From: an uncultured Chloroflexia bacterium
GTDB taxonomy: Bacteria; Chloroflexota; Dormibacteria; Aeolococcales; Aeolococcaceae
Reading direction: 5' to 3'
DNA: 64,000 bases
NCBI GenBank assembly: GCA_963697585.1
Contig: CAVOOO010000009.1
Location: 599,295-663,294 of the forward strand
Of the stretch, positions 27,226-36,504 are shown piece by piece. The first letter of the stretch is position 1; each line of letters begins with the position of its first letter. Under the pieces are notes generated by a model that ran no database searches, was not told where the DNA came from, and was given only the letters and a program-made list of their open reading frames with translations. The position numbers and the translations under genes are program-made.

Positions 27226-27274
27226 CCTGGCGATGCAGCGGCACTCTTTTTGTGTGAGGTGGACAATTTGGCCA
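27207..27274. promoter_or_regulatory. Divergent promoter region with inverted 8-mer TGGCCAAA ... TTTGGCCA (candidate operator)
   Basis: Arms lie at 27207-27214 and 27267-27274, symmetric about roughly 27240. Each lies about 10 nt inside the 5' end of one of the two divergent genes. The local GC content is clearly lower. Confidence 0.3.
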
Positions 27275-28476
27275 CGGTATCCAAACCGCGACCGGCGGTC
27301 TTGGTCGAGTTGGCCAGTCTGCCCCCGGCCGTGACCGCCCGGCTGCTCGCCGATGCCGACGCCATCGCGGGCCGGATGGCTCGCCGGATCGCCGCCGAGA
27401 TCAGCCTGCCGGGGCACTTCAACACCGTCTCCTACTACCGTTCGATCGTCTCGGCCTGCCGGGATGCGCTCCGGGTCCTGGTGCGCCGCCTCCACGACGG
27501 CCGCGGCCCGCGGGCCGGCGACCTCGACCGGCTGGCCCAGACCGGTGCGGTGCAGGCCGACCTCGGCCTCCCCTTCGACGTCCTCCTCTCCGCGTACCGG
27601 GTGGCGGCCAAGGTGGTCTGGGAGGAGGTGGTGGGCACGGTCGCCCGCGAGCACGAGATGCCCTCGGCGACCCTCATCGCCCTGGCCTCTCAGATCATCG
27701 AGTACCTCGACGAGATCTCGGCGGCGGTCGGCGCCGCCTACCTGGAGCGGCGCGAGCGGCTGCTCCGCCGGCGCGACCAGGATCGGGACCGGGTGCTCCA
27801 CCGCCTGATGGCCGGTGACGTCTCGGCCGAGCTTCGGGTGGCGGCGGCGGCCTGCGAGCTGGACCTCACGCCCCCGTACCGGGTGATCTCGTGCGCCTGG
27901 CCGGGGGACCAGGACCAGCTCGCCGAGCTGGTGACGCGGCCGCTGCGGGCGCTGACCGTCGCCGCCTCGGAGGACACCTGGCTGCTGCTCCTCGATCCGC
28001 GCACCGACCCCCTCCCGGTCTGCGTGGCGGCCGGCAAGGCCAACCCGGGAGCCGTCTTCGGCTTCGGGCCGGTGGCCGAGCGGCTGGCCGACGTCGCCGG
28101 AGCCGCCCAGCGCGCCCAGCGCGCCCTCGACGTGGGCCAGCGTCTGGAGCCGGAGCGCCGGGTGCACGACGACGCCGAGCTGGGCGTCTTCGCCGTCCTC
28201 GACAATGATCCCGAGGCGGTGCGCCGTTTCGTCGCCACCATCCTGGGGCCGCTCAACGCCGCCGGGGCCGATCGCCGCGGCGAGCTCCACGAGACCCTCG
28301 AGGCGGTGCTCTCGACCTCCGGGCTGGGCGAGGCCGCCGCCAAGCTGGGGCTCCACCGCCACACCGTGGTGTACCGGCTGCAGCGGATCCGCGACCGCGG
28401 CCTGCCCATCGACGACCCCGCCCGCCGCCACCTGCTCTGGCTCGCGCTCCGCGCGCGCCGGCTGCTGCCGGCCTGA
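27259..28476 (+). CDS. PucR/CdaR-family transcriptional regulator
   Basis: C-terminal PucR HTH: LHETLEAVLSTSGLGEAAAKLGLHRHTVVYRLQRIRDRGL. Start (GTG 27259) is approximate. The upstream part of ORF 26503..28476 is antisense to the di-iron gene. Confidence 0.8.
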   Translation: MDNLATVSKPRPAVLVELASLPPAVTARLLADADAIAGRMARRIAAEISLPGHFNTVSYYRSIVSACRDALRVLVRRLHDGRGPRAGDLDRLAQTGAVQADLGLPFDVLLSAYRVAAKVVWEEVVGTVAREHEMPSATLIALASQIIEYLDEISAAVGAAYLERRERLLRRRDQDRDRVLHRLMAGDVSAELRVAAAACELDLTPPYRVISCAWPGDQDQLAELVTRPLRALTVAASEDTWLLLLDPRTDPLPVCVAAGKANPGAVFGFGPVAERLADVAGAAQRAQRALDVGQRLEPERRVHDDAELGVFAVLDNDPEAVRRFVATILGPLNAAGADRRGELHETLEAVLSTSGLGEAAAKLGLHRHTVVYRLQRIRDRGLPIDDPARRHLLWLALRARRLLPA

Positions 28477-28489
28477 GCGATCGGCCCGG

Positions 28490-28996
28490 TCAGGCCGTCG
28501 GGGTGGGGCCCGCCAGCAGGGCGCGGTAGAGGCTCAGCATCCGCTGGATGCAGTGGCGGTCTCCGGCGGCGCCGGGGACCGGCCCCTCGGCACCGCCTCG
28601 CTCCGGCGCGGGCACGGCGTCGCCGGTGCGGGTCATCCAGAGCGCCATGCGCAGGATCCCGGGGAGCGCCGCCGGATCCACCTGCACGGTGCCGCGCAGC
28701 CGGGTGGCGCAGGCCGCGGCCCGGCGCGAGGCCTCGGAGGCCAGGCCGGCGAAGAGACGGCCGAGCCCCGGCTCCGCCGCCCGAGCGCTGATCGCCCGGT
28801 ACCAGCCGGCCAGGCGCTGCTCGGCGCAGAGATGCGCGGTGAGGGATTCGATGCCACCGGCGTCGCCGGGCCTGCCCGTTCCCCCGGGGGCGAGACGGTT
28901 GTGGTCGATCATGGCCCAATCATCGGGGCCCAAGCGGGCCAATAGCATCAGCCCCGGCGGCGCGCTGCGGGGCGAGATTCTGTCTCTCATGGACAA
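28490..28996 (-). pseudogene. Internally deleted, degenerate paralogue of the di-iron protein at 26386..27225
   Basis: DDWAMIDHNRLAPG matches IDWDAIEPEKLTPG. IESLTAHLCAEQRLAGWY matches IETLTMHFCGEQRLAHWY. ILRMALWMTRT matches ILRMALWMIRT. The region with the first E and first ExxH is missing, and the second ExxH is changed (ADELRH to ASEASR). Confidence 0.6.
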
Positions 28997-29083
28997 CCTG
29001 GCCCGCGCAGAGAAACCCGCGCCCGGGCCTTGGTCGCGCTGGCCATGGGTGCGCCATCCTCCGGGTGACGCAGCCGGTGCCAG

Positions 29084-29150
29084 GGCCGGCGTACGCCCGG
29101 CGCCCGGGCCCGGCGTACGGCCCGGAGCCGGGGCCGGCGTCCCGGCCGGA
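29084..29150. repeat. Three imperfect tandem copies of a GC-rich roughly 23-nt unit (GGCCGGCGTACGCCCGG-like)
   Basis: GGCCGGCGTACGCCCGG / GCCCGGCGTACGGCCCGG / GGCCGGCGTCCCGGCCGG read directly, in the intergenic space between the PduO-type gene and the di-iron remnant. Confidence 0.4.
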
Positions 29151-29165
29151 GCGCGGACCTCCCGG

Positions 29166-29708
29166 TCAGCGCTGGAGGGTGGCGCCGGCCTCCGCCTCGC
29201 GCGCGACCATGAAGAGGAGATCGCTCAACCGGTTGAGATAGCGGAGCACCTCGGGGTTCTCGAGCGCCCCGGCGCGCTGCAGGCTGACCGCCCGGCGCTC
29301 GGCCCGGCGGACCAGGGTTCGGGCGAGGTCGACGGTCGCCGCCACCACCGTGCCCCCGGGGACGACGAAGGCGCGCGGCAGCGGGACCCGTGCCTCCAGC
29401 TCCGCGAGCTGGGCGTCCAGCGCCTCGACCATGGCGGCGGTGACGGTCGCGAAGTGCTGCTCCAGATGCTCGCGTTCCCCCACCCCGGTGGCCAGCTCGG
29501 CACCGACCGTGAAGAGCTCGCGCTGGAGTGCGAGCAGCCGCTCCGCCCGCGCCGGGTCGGTCTCCTGGGCGCGGGCCATCCCGAGCGCCGAGACGGCCTC
29601 GTCGACCGCTCCGCAGGCCTCGGTGTGAAGGTCGTCCTTGGGCACCCGGCCACCGTAGAGGAGCCCGGTCTCGCCGCCGTCACCGCGGCGGGTCGCGATG
29701 CTGCTCAC
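29166..29708 (-). CDS. ATP:cob(I)alamin adenosyltransferase, PduO type
   Basis: GTG 29708: VSSIATRRGDGGETGLLYGGRVPKDD..., FVVPGG, RTLVRRAER, YLNRLSDLLF. Confidence 0.88.
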   Translation of the reverse strand: MSSIATRRGDGGETGLLYGGRVPKDDLHTEACGAVDEAVSALGMARAQETDPARAERLLALQRELFTVGAELATGVGEREHLEQHFATVTAAMVEALDAQLAELEARVPLPRAFVVPGGTVVAATVDLARTLVRRAERRAVSLQRAGALENPEVLRYLNRLSDLLFMVAREAEAGATLQR

Positions 29709-29734
29709 CCGGCCGGGGGGGCCGGGCGGCCCGG

Positions 29735-30736
29735 TCACCGCGGGCCTTCGTCGCCCGCCCGCTGCCGGCGGGCGCGCTCCTCGACCCACTTGGTGGCCGC
29801 GATGGTCGCGGTGGTGGCGTCGCCCACCGCGGTGGTCACCTGACGGGTGAGCTGGCTGCGCACGTCGCCGGCCGCGAAGATGCCGGGCACGCTGGTCTCC
29901 ATGGTCAGCGGGTCGGTCAGGTAGTAGCCGGCCGGATCGTGGTCGACGTGGGTGTCGACCAGCCCGGTGTTGGGCAGGAACCCGACGAAGATGAAGACCC
30001 CGCCGACCTCGAGGCTGGAGACCTCCCCGCTCACCACGTTGCGCAGCCGGAGGCTCCTCACCTTCCGGTCGCCCTCGATGGCCTCGACGACCGTGTCCAG
30101 GATGAAGTCGATCTTGGGATGGTGGCGCGCCTCCTCGGCGAGGATGGGCTGGGCCCGCAGCTCGCCGCGGCGGTGGATGATCGTGACCCGGCTGGCGAAA
30201 CGGGTGAGGAAGACCGCCTCCTCGACCGCGGCGTCGCCGCCGCCCACCACGGCCAGGTGGGCGCCCTGGAAGAAGGCGCCGTCGCAGACCGCGCAGTACG
30301 AGACGCCGACGCCGGCGAGCTCCGCCTCCCCGGGGACACCCAGCTTGCGGGGGTTGCCCCCGGCGGTGATGATCACCGCGGGAGCGCGCAGCTCACCCTG
30401 GTCGGTCTCCACCACCTTGGTTCCGTCGGGGTCCACCCGGATCCGCTCCACCGACGCCGCCAGCATCTCGGTGCCGAACTGCTGCGCCTGCTCGGTCATG
30501 ATCTCGGCCAGGTCGGGACCGAGGATCGACCTCACCCCCGGGTAGTCCTCGATCAGCTCGGTGTTGAGGAGCTGGCCGCCGGCGCCCAGGAGCTTCCCGT
30601 CGACCACGGCGCCCTTGGCCTCGACCAGCGCCGCCCGCACCTTGTTCCGGCCCGCGTAGAGGGCGGCGGTGAGCCCGGCCGGGCCGCCACCCACGATGAC
30701 GATGTCGTACTCACGCTCGGCGACGCGATCTGCCAC
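29735..30736 (-). CDS. trxB: Thioredoxin-disulfide reductase
   Basis: YDIVIVGGGPAGLTAALYAGR, redox CAVCDG, VVGGGDAAVEEA, GIFAAGDV. Confidence 0.93.
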   Translation of the reverse strand: MADRVAEREYDIVIVGGGPAGLTAALYAGRNKVRAALVEAKGAVVDGKLLGAGGQLLNTELIEDYPGVRSILGPDLAEIMTEQAQQFGTEMLAASVERIRVDPDGTKVVETDQGELRAPAVIITAGGNPRKLGVPGEAELAGVGVSYCAVCDGAFFQGAHLAVVGGGDAAVEEAVFLTRFASRVTIIHRRGELRAQPILAEEARHHPKIDFILDTVVEAIEGDRKVRSLRLRNVVSGEVSSLEVGGVFIFVGFLPNTGLVDTHVDHDPAGYYLTDPLTMETSVPGIFAAGDVRSQLTRQVTTAVGDATTATIAATKWVEERARRQRAGDEGPR

Positions 30737-30858
30737 GGTTCAGCTCTCCGGATGCACGAGCGCTCTGGGCCACGGGCGCCACGCGGCGGTTGATGGGATC
30801 GCAGTGAGCATACCCCGGCTCCCCACGCGGCAAGCGCTGCGGGAGCTGGAGCAAGTCC

Positions 30859-31458
30859 CTAGGTGGCCGGGCGGCCCTCGCCGTCCAGCCGGGCCAGCAA
30901 CGCGGCCAGGGCCCGGGCCCGGTGGCTCACCCCGTCCTTGGCCGCGGCGGTCGCCTCCCCGAACGTGATCCCGAGGTCGTCGCTGAGGAAGCTCGGGTCA
31001 TAGCCGAAGCCGCCGGAGCCCCGGGGGGCCACCAGAACCCCGCTGGTCTCACCCCGGGCCGAGAGCGGCGCGGTGCCGGGACGGGCGAGGGTCACCACGC
31101 AGACGTAGCGGGCCCGGCGGTCATCCGGAGAGCGCCGCCCCACCTCGACGAGCAGGCCGTGAAGCCGGTCGACGTCGGAGGCGGCGGGCCCCATCCAGCG
31201 CGCCGACGCGGCCCCCGGCCAGCCGTCCAGCCCGGGCACCTCGATGCCCGAGTCGTCGGCCAGTGCGGCCATTCCGGTGGCGGCGCAGACCGCGACCGCC
31301 TTGGCGGCGGCGTTCTCCTCGTAGCTGTCATACGGCTCCTCGAGGTCGCCGGCGACGCCCGCGCCGTCGAGATCGACGAGCTCCCACGGATGCCCCTCGA
31401 GCAGACGCCGCAGCTCGGCCAGCTTGCCGGGGTTGCGGCTGGCGACGGCCACCCTCAC
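30859..31458 (-). CDS. rdgB: Non-canonical purine NTP pyrophosphatase (RdgB/HAM1)
   Basis: GTG 31458 overlaps the rph stop. [45 protein letters not shown]. Confidence 0.88.
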   Translation of the reverse strand: MRVAVASRNPGKLAELRRLLEGHPWELVDLDGAGVAGDLEEPYDSYEENAAAKAVAVCAATGMAALADDSGIEVPGLDGWPGAASARWMGPAASDVDRLHGLLVEVGRRSPDDRRARYVCVVTLARPGTAPLSARGETSGVLVAPRGSGGFGYDPSFLSDDLGITFGEATAAAKDGVSHRARALAALLARLDGEGRPAT

Positions 31459-32186
31459 CCGGGCGGGACCTCGCCTCCCAGCGCCGCCGCCTGGGCCGCG
31501 AAGAGCCGCCGGAGGCCGGCCGCGGAGAGCTCCAGCAGCCGGTCCAGCTCCTCCCGGCTGAAGGGCGCCCCCTCGGCGGTGCCCTGGATCTCGATCAGGC
31601 GCCCGTCGGCCGCCCCGACGCAGTTCAGGTCGGTGCCGGCAGCGGAGTCCTCCAGGTAGCAGAGGTCGAGCCGCGGCTCGCCGCTCACAATTCCGGCCGA
31701 GACCGCCGCGACCGGCTGGCGGAGCACCGGGCGGCTCACCGCGCGGGCGTCCTGCAGGGCCCGGACCGCGAGCGCGAGGGCGACGTAGCCGCCCGTGATC
31801 GCCGCGGTGCGAGTGCCGCCGTCGGCGACGATGACGTCGCAGTCGATGAGGATCGAGCGCTCGCCGAGCGCCGAGAAGTCGACCGCGGCCCGGAGGCTCC
31901 GGCCGATCAGCCGCTGGATCTCCTGGGACCGCCCATCGATCCGGCCCTTGCGCCCGTCGCGCTCGGTGCGGGTCTGGGTGCTGCGCGGCAGCATCGCGTA
32001 CTCGGCGGTCACCCAACCCAGACCGCTTCCCTTGCGGAAGGGGGGAACCCGCTCCTCCACGGTGGCGGCGCAGAGCACCCTGGTCTGGCCGGTGGAGATC
32101 ATGCAGCTGCCCTCGGGATAGGGCAGCACGCCGACCTCCATCAGGGTGGGGCGGAGCTCGTCGGGGGCGCGGCCGTCGGGGCGCAT
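31455..32186 (-). CDS. rph: Ribonuclease PH
   Basis: [70 protein letters not shown]. Confidence 0.95.
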   Translation of the reverse strand: MRPDGRAPDELRPTLMEVGVLPYPEGSCMISTGQTRVLCAATVEERVPPFRKGSGLGWVTAEYAMLPRSTQTRTERDGRKGRIDGRSQEIQRLIGRSLRAAVDFSALGERSILIDCDVIVADGGTRTAAITGGYVALALAVRALQDARAVSRPVLRQPVAAVSAGIVSGEPRLDLCYLEDSAAGTDLNCVGAADGRLIEIQGTAEGAPFSREELDRLLELSAAGLRRLFAAQAAALGGEVPPG

Positions 32187-32208
32187 GGCCGGGGCAGTGT
32201 ACGGGAGT

Positions 32209-32991
32209 TCAGCGCCGGAGCGGCTTGGCCAGGATGAGCACGGAGAGCTCGAACAAGCCGATCAGGGGGAGCGCGAGGAAGAGCGGGGTGACCGGGTCCA
32301 CGCCCGGGGTGACCAGCTCGGCGCCGATCACGACCACCAGCCAGACCATCCTCCGGCGACGCCGGAGCCAGGCCGACGAGACCACCCCGAGCAGCCCGAG
32401 CAGGACGATGACCACGGGCAGTTCGAAGGTCACCCCGAAGGCCACGATCAGCAGGGTCAGGAACGAGAGGTACTGGTCGAGGTCCGGGAAGAAGACCGCG
32501 TTGTTGCCGACGATGGCGGTGAGCAGGTTCAGCCAGAGCGGCATCAGGAAGTACGCCAGGCATGCGCCGGCGGCGAAGAGGAGCAGCGCCGAGAGGATGA
32601 CCGGGAGCGCGAACCGGCGCTCCACCCGCCGCAGACCGGGGGAGACGAAGGTCCAGCCCTGCCAGAGGAGGATGGGAAGCGAGAGCACGAGGCCGCCGAC
32701 CACGGCCACCTGGAGGGGGATGGTCACCAGCTCGGTGGGGCTGGTGATGATCGGCTTGGAGATCAGGTGGTTGTGCTTGGCGAGGATGCTGGTCAGCGGG
32801 TACTCGAGGACGCTGAGCAGAAAGTGGCTGAAGACCGCGGCCACGATCGTGGCCAGCAGCCAGGCGATCACCGAGACGATGACGACGCGGCGCAGATCCT
32901 GGAGGTGCTCGACCACCGTCATCCGGCGCTCGTCGTCGCGGCGCTCGCGCGCCATCCGCCCCCTGCCCCAGCGCAGGATCCCCTGTGCCAT
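32209..32991 (-). CDS. tatC: Sec-independent protein translocase TatC
   Basis: [12 protein letters not shown], six TM helices, [22 protein letters not shown]. The exact start among the N-terminal Met/Val codons is uncertain. Confidence 0.9.
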   Translation of the reverse strand: MAQGILRWGRGRMARERRDDERRMTVVEHLQDLRRVVIVSVIAWLLATIVAAVFSHFLLSVLEYPLTSILAKHNHLISKPIITSPTELVTIPLQVAVVGGLVLSLPILLWQGWTFVSPGLRRVERRFALPVILSALLLFAAGACLAYFLMPLWLNLLTAIVGNNAVFFPDLDQYLSFLTLLIVAFGVTFELPVVIVLLGLLGVVSSAWLRRRRRMVWLVVVIGAELVTPGVDPVTPLFLALPLIGLFELSVLILAKPLRR

Positions 32992-33065
32992 CTCAGGCCC
33001 CTCTCATCGCGCGCCCATCACCCCGAGCGCGGGGGCGGCGCAGGCAGCATCGTCAGAGGCTGGGT

Positions 33066-33320
33066 TCAGCCCCGGAGCGTCTCGTCCGGCCGGGTCTCGG
33101 GCACCGGCGCCCACTGCGGGGTGCCGTCGTATCCACCCATCGGGCCGCCCGCCGGCGGCGTCGAGCCACGAGCGCCCGGCTCAGGCCCGCCCGACATGGC
33201 GTGGCGGAACTCGCGGATGGCCCGGCCCATGCCCGCACCGATCTCGGGCAGCTTGTTGGCCCCCCCGAAGATCAGGACGATCAGGAGGACGAGCGGGATC
33301 AGGTACCAGAGACGATCCAT
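33066..33320 (-). CDS. tatA: Sec-independent translocase TatA/E family protein
   Basis: From ATG 33320: [36 protein letters not shown] (TM plus amphipathic helix signature). Confidence 0.88.
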   Translation of the reverse strand: MDRLWYLIPLVLLIVLIFGGANKLPEIGAGMGRAIREFRHAMSGGPEPGARGSTPPAGGPMGGYDGTPQWAPVPETRPDETLRG

Positions 33321-33424
33321 GGCCGGGTGCTCCGTCGTGCGGCCGGGGTGAAGATGCAACCCCGACTTTCGTCAGTCTAGCACCGGGCCTTTCGGCCCAT
33401 GCGTCGAGGGATCTGACGGCCCTC

Positions 33425-34723
33425 TCAGCACTCCTCCGGGCCGGCGCCGCGCAGCGCCCCGGCGAAGACCGAGACCGCCCGGTCGATGTCGGCGGCCTGG
33501 TGGGCGGTGCTGAGGAAGGCGGCCTCGAACTGGGACGGCGGCCAGAGCACCCCGGCCTCCCGCCAGCGCCGGTGGAGGCCGGCGAAGGCGTCCAGGTCGG
33601 AGCGCCGGGCGTCCTCGTAGTCGTCCACCCGACCCACCCCGACGAAGGCCGTGAGCATGCTGCCCACCCGGTTGACGGCACAGGGCACCGAGGCGGCCAC
33701 CGCGGCGGTGCGCAGCCCGTCGCCGAGACGGCCGGCGAGGGCCTCCAGCCGCGCGTAGGCGTCCCCGTCGCGGAGCACGTCGAGGGTCGCGATCCCGGCG
33801 GCCATGGCGAGCGGGTTGCCCGAGAGGGTCCCCGCCTGGTAGACGGGGCCGAGCGGCGCCACCCGCTCCATCAGGTCGCGCGGCCCTCCGTAGGCGCCGA
33901 CCGGGAGGCCGCCTCCGATCACCTTCCCGAGGCAGGTCAGGTCGGGCTCGATGCCGAACAGCCCCTGGGCACCGCCGTAGGCCACCCGGAACCCGGTCAT
34001 CACCTCGTCGAAGATCAGCAGGGCGCCGCCCTCGCGGGTCAGCCGCCGCAGCTCGTCGAGGTAGCCGGGCACGGGTGGGACGCAGCCCATGTTGCCTGCC
34101 ACCGGCTCGACGATCACGGCGGCGATCCGGCCGGCGTGGACCGCGAATGCCTCGGCGGCCGAGTCCGCGGCGTTGTAGGGGAGCACCAGGGTGTCGGCGA
34201 CGGCCCCGGCCGGGATCCCCGAGGAGCCGGGCAGCCCTAGGGTCGCGACCCCGCTCCCGGCGGCGGCGAGGAGGGCATCGGCGTGACCGTGGTAGGCGCC
34301 CGCGAACTTGACCACCAGGTCGCGGCCGGTCGCCGCCCGGGCCAGCCGCAGCGCCGACATGGTGGCCTCGGTTCCGGAGTTGACGAAGCGGACCATCTCG
34401 ACGCTGGGAAGGGCCGCGCAGATCCGCTCGGCCAGCTCCACCTCCGGCTCCGCGGTGTGGCCGTAGGCGGTGCCCCGGCTCAATTGACCGCGCAGCGCCT
34501 CGACCACCGCCGGATGGTTGTGGCCGAGGATCAGCGGGCCGTAGGCGAGCACGAAGTCGACGAAGCGGGACCCGTCGGCGTCGACCAGGTGAGCGCCCTC
34601 CGCCGCGGCGATCACCGGGGGCTCACCGCCCACCGCCGCGTACGCCCGCACCGGGCTGGAGACCCCTCCCGGCATCACCCTGGCGGCGCGCTCGAGCAGG
34701 CGTGCCGAGCGGCTCGCGCTCAC
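33425..34723 (-). CDS. hemL: Glutamate-1-semialdehyde 2,1-aminomutase
   Basis: MPGGVSSPVRA, DFVLAYGPLILGH, FVNSGTEA, LIFDEVMTGFR, CLGKVIGGGLP. Confidence 0.95.
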   Translation of the reverse strand: MSASRSARLLERAARVMPGGVSSPVRAYAAVGGEPPVIAAAEGAHLVDADGSRFVDFVLAYGPLILGHNHPAVVEALRGQLSRGTAYGHTAEPEVELAERICAALPSVEMVRFVNSGTEATMSALRLARAATGRDLVVKFAGAYHGHADALLAAAGSGVATLGLPGSSGIPAGAVADTLVLPYNAADSAAEAFAVHAGRIAAVIVEPVAGNMGCVPPVPGYLDELRRLTREGGALLIFDEVMTGFRVAYGGAQGLFGIEPDLTCLGKVIGGGLPVGAYGGPRDLMERVAPLGPVYQAGTLSGNPLAMAAGIATLDVLRDGDAYARLEALAGRLGDGLRTAAVAASVPCAVNRVGSMLTAFVGVGRVDDYEDARRSDLDAFAGLHRRWREAGVLWPPSQFEAAFLSTAHQAADIDRAVSVFAGALRGAGPEEC

Positions 34724-35508
34724 GTCTGCTCGGTGACGGTGACCTGCTCCATGACGTCACCCTGGACGATCGCCTGGGCAACGCTGAGGCCGCTGACCAC
34801 CTCGCCGAAGAGGTTGTAGCTGAGGGTCAGGCTGCTGGTGTCGTCGGCGATGCAGATGAAGAACTGCGAGCCGTTGGTGTTGGGCCCGCTGTTGGCCATA
34901 GCCACGGCCCCGGCGATGTACTTCTCGTGGACGAGCTCGTCGTCGAACTTGTAGCCCGGGCCGCCGGAGCCGCAGCTCCCGGAGGGTGTGGCCGGGGCCG
35001 ATGGAACGTTGCCGATGCAGTTCGGATCCCCGCCCTGGATGACGAAGCCGGAGACCACGCGGGCGAAGGGGATGCCGTTGTAGAAGCCGTTGCGGACCAG
35101 GGTGACGAAGTTGTTGACGGTCACCGGGGCCAGGTCCGGCTGCAGGCAGATGACGATGTTGCCCTTGCTGGTCTTGATGGTCGCCTCGTAGAGCTTGCTC
35201 TGGTCGATGGTCATCGCCGGCGCCGCCGAGTAGACGTGCACATCGGAGGGCGGGTTGAGCGGAGCCAGTGCGGTGCCGAAGGTCGCCGATGCGCAGTCGG
35301 CGTAGGGGATGATCGCCGGCGTCGGGGTCGGCAGCGGCGTGGGGGTGGGCGTCGGGGTGGGCGCCACCGCGCCGACCGGGGTGGGACTGGCAGCGTGCTC
35401 GAGCGCCACCGCTCCGGCGACGACCGCCACCACCAGGACCACGGTCGCGGCGATGACGAAGGGGAGTCGGCGAGGGCTGGTGGGGGGCTTCATCCTGGTC
35501 CGGGTCAC
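34720..35508 (-). CDS. Membrane-anchored cyclophilin-type peptidyl-prolyl cis-trans isomerase with PT-repeat linker
   Basis: N-terminal TM (FVIAATVVLVVAVVAGAVAL), then TPTPTPTPLPTPTP, then the cyclophilin core VNNFVTLVRNGFYNG, FVIQGGDP, MANSGPNTNGSQFFI. Confidence 0.9.
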   Translation of the reverse strand: MTRTRMKPPTSPRRLPFVIAATVVLVVAVVAGAVALEHAASPTPVGAVAPTPTPTPTPLPTPTPAIIPYADCASATFGTALAPLNPPSDVHVYSAAPAMTIDQSKLYEATIKTSKGNIVICLQPDLAPVTVNNFVTLVRNGFYNGIPFARVVSGFVIQGGDPNCIGNVPSAPATPSGSCGSGGPGYKFDDELVHEKYIAGAVAMANSGPNTNGSQFFICIADDTSSLTLSYNLFGEVVSGLSVAQAIVQGDVMEQVTVTEQT

Positions 35509-36488
35509 TCCTCGCGAAGCCAGCGCGCTGCCTGGAGCGCGTGGTAGCTGATGATGATGTCGGCGCCGGCCCGGCGGATCGCGGTCAGGACCTCCAGGGC
35601 CGCGGCGCGCTCGTCGAAGGCCCCGGCCCGGGCGGCATGGGCGATCATCGCGTACTCGCCGCTCACGTTGTAGGCGGCGACCGGAACGTCGACGGCGGCG
35701 CGCACCCGCCGGATCACGTCGAGGTAGGCGAGCGCGGGCTTGACCATGACCATGTCGGCGCCCTCGGAGAGATCGAGGGCCACCTCGCGGAGCGCCTCGC
35801 GGGCGTTGCCGGCGTCCATCTGGTAGCCGCGCCGATCCCCGCTCCGGGGCGCGCAGTCGGCCGCGTCGCGGAACGGCCCGTACATGACCGAGGCGTACTT
35901 GGCGCTGTAGGCGAGGATGGCCGTGTCGGCGAAACCGGCTCCGTCCAGGGCTGCCCGGATCGCCCCGACCTGGCCGTCCATCATCCCGCTGGGCGCAATC
36001 ACGTCCGCCCCCGCCCGGGCCTGCGAGACCGCCGCCCGCGCGTAGAGCTCGAGGGTGGCGTCGTTGTCCACCGAGCCGTCCTCGCGGAGCACGCCGCAGT
36101 GGCCGTGGTCGGTGTACTCATCGAGGCAGCAGTCGGCGATCAGCACGCAGTCGGCGCCGAACCGACCCCGCAGTGCGCGGAGCGCCGTCTGCACGATCCC
36201 CTCGTCGTTCCAGGCCTCGGAGCCGGTCGCGTCCTTGCGCGCCGGCACCCCGAAGAGGAGCACCGCGCTCACCCCGACCTGGAGAGCGCCCGCCACCGTG
36301 CCCGCCGCGCTCTCGACCGTCTCCTGGCGGTGCCCGGGCATGCTGGCGATGGCGACGGGCGCGTCGACGCCCTCACGCACGAAGAGGGGATGGACCAGGT
36401 CGGCCGGGCTCAGCCGGGTCTCGCCGGCGAGCCGGCGCAGCGCCGGCGTGCGCCGCAGCCTCCGGGGGCGTTCGGTGGGAAAGGGCAT
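35505..36488 (-). CDS. hemB: Porphobilinogen synthase (delta-aminolevulinate dehydratase)
   Basis: RPRRLR, LVHPLFV, DEYTDHGHCG, DVIAPSGMMDG, MVKPALAYLD, AYNVSGEYAM. Confidence 0.95.
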   Translation of the reverse strand: MPFPTERPRRLRRTPALRRLAGETRLSPADLVHPLFVREGVDAPVAIASMPGHRQETVESAAGTVAGALQVGVSAVLLFGVPARKDATGSEAWNDEGIVQTALRALRGRFGADCVLIADCCLDEYTDHGHCGVLREDGSVDNDATLELYARAAVSQARAGADVIAPSGMMDGQVGAIRAALDGAGFADTAILAYSAKYASVMYGPFRDAADCAPRSGDRRGYQMDAGNAREALREVALDLSEGADMVMVKPALAYLDVIRRVRAAVDVPVAAYNVSGEYAMIAHAARAGAFDERAAALEVLTAIRRAGADIIISYHALQAARWLREE

Positions 36489-36504
36489 GGCCGTCCCAGG
36501 TTAC

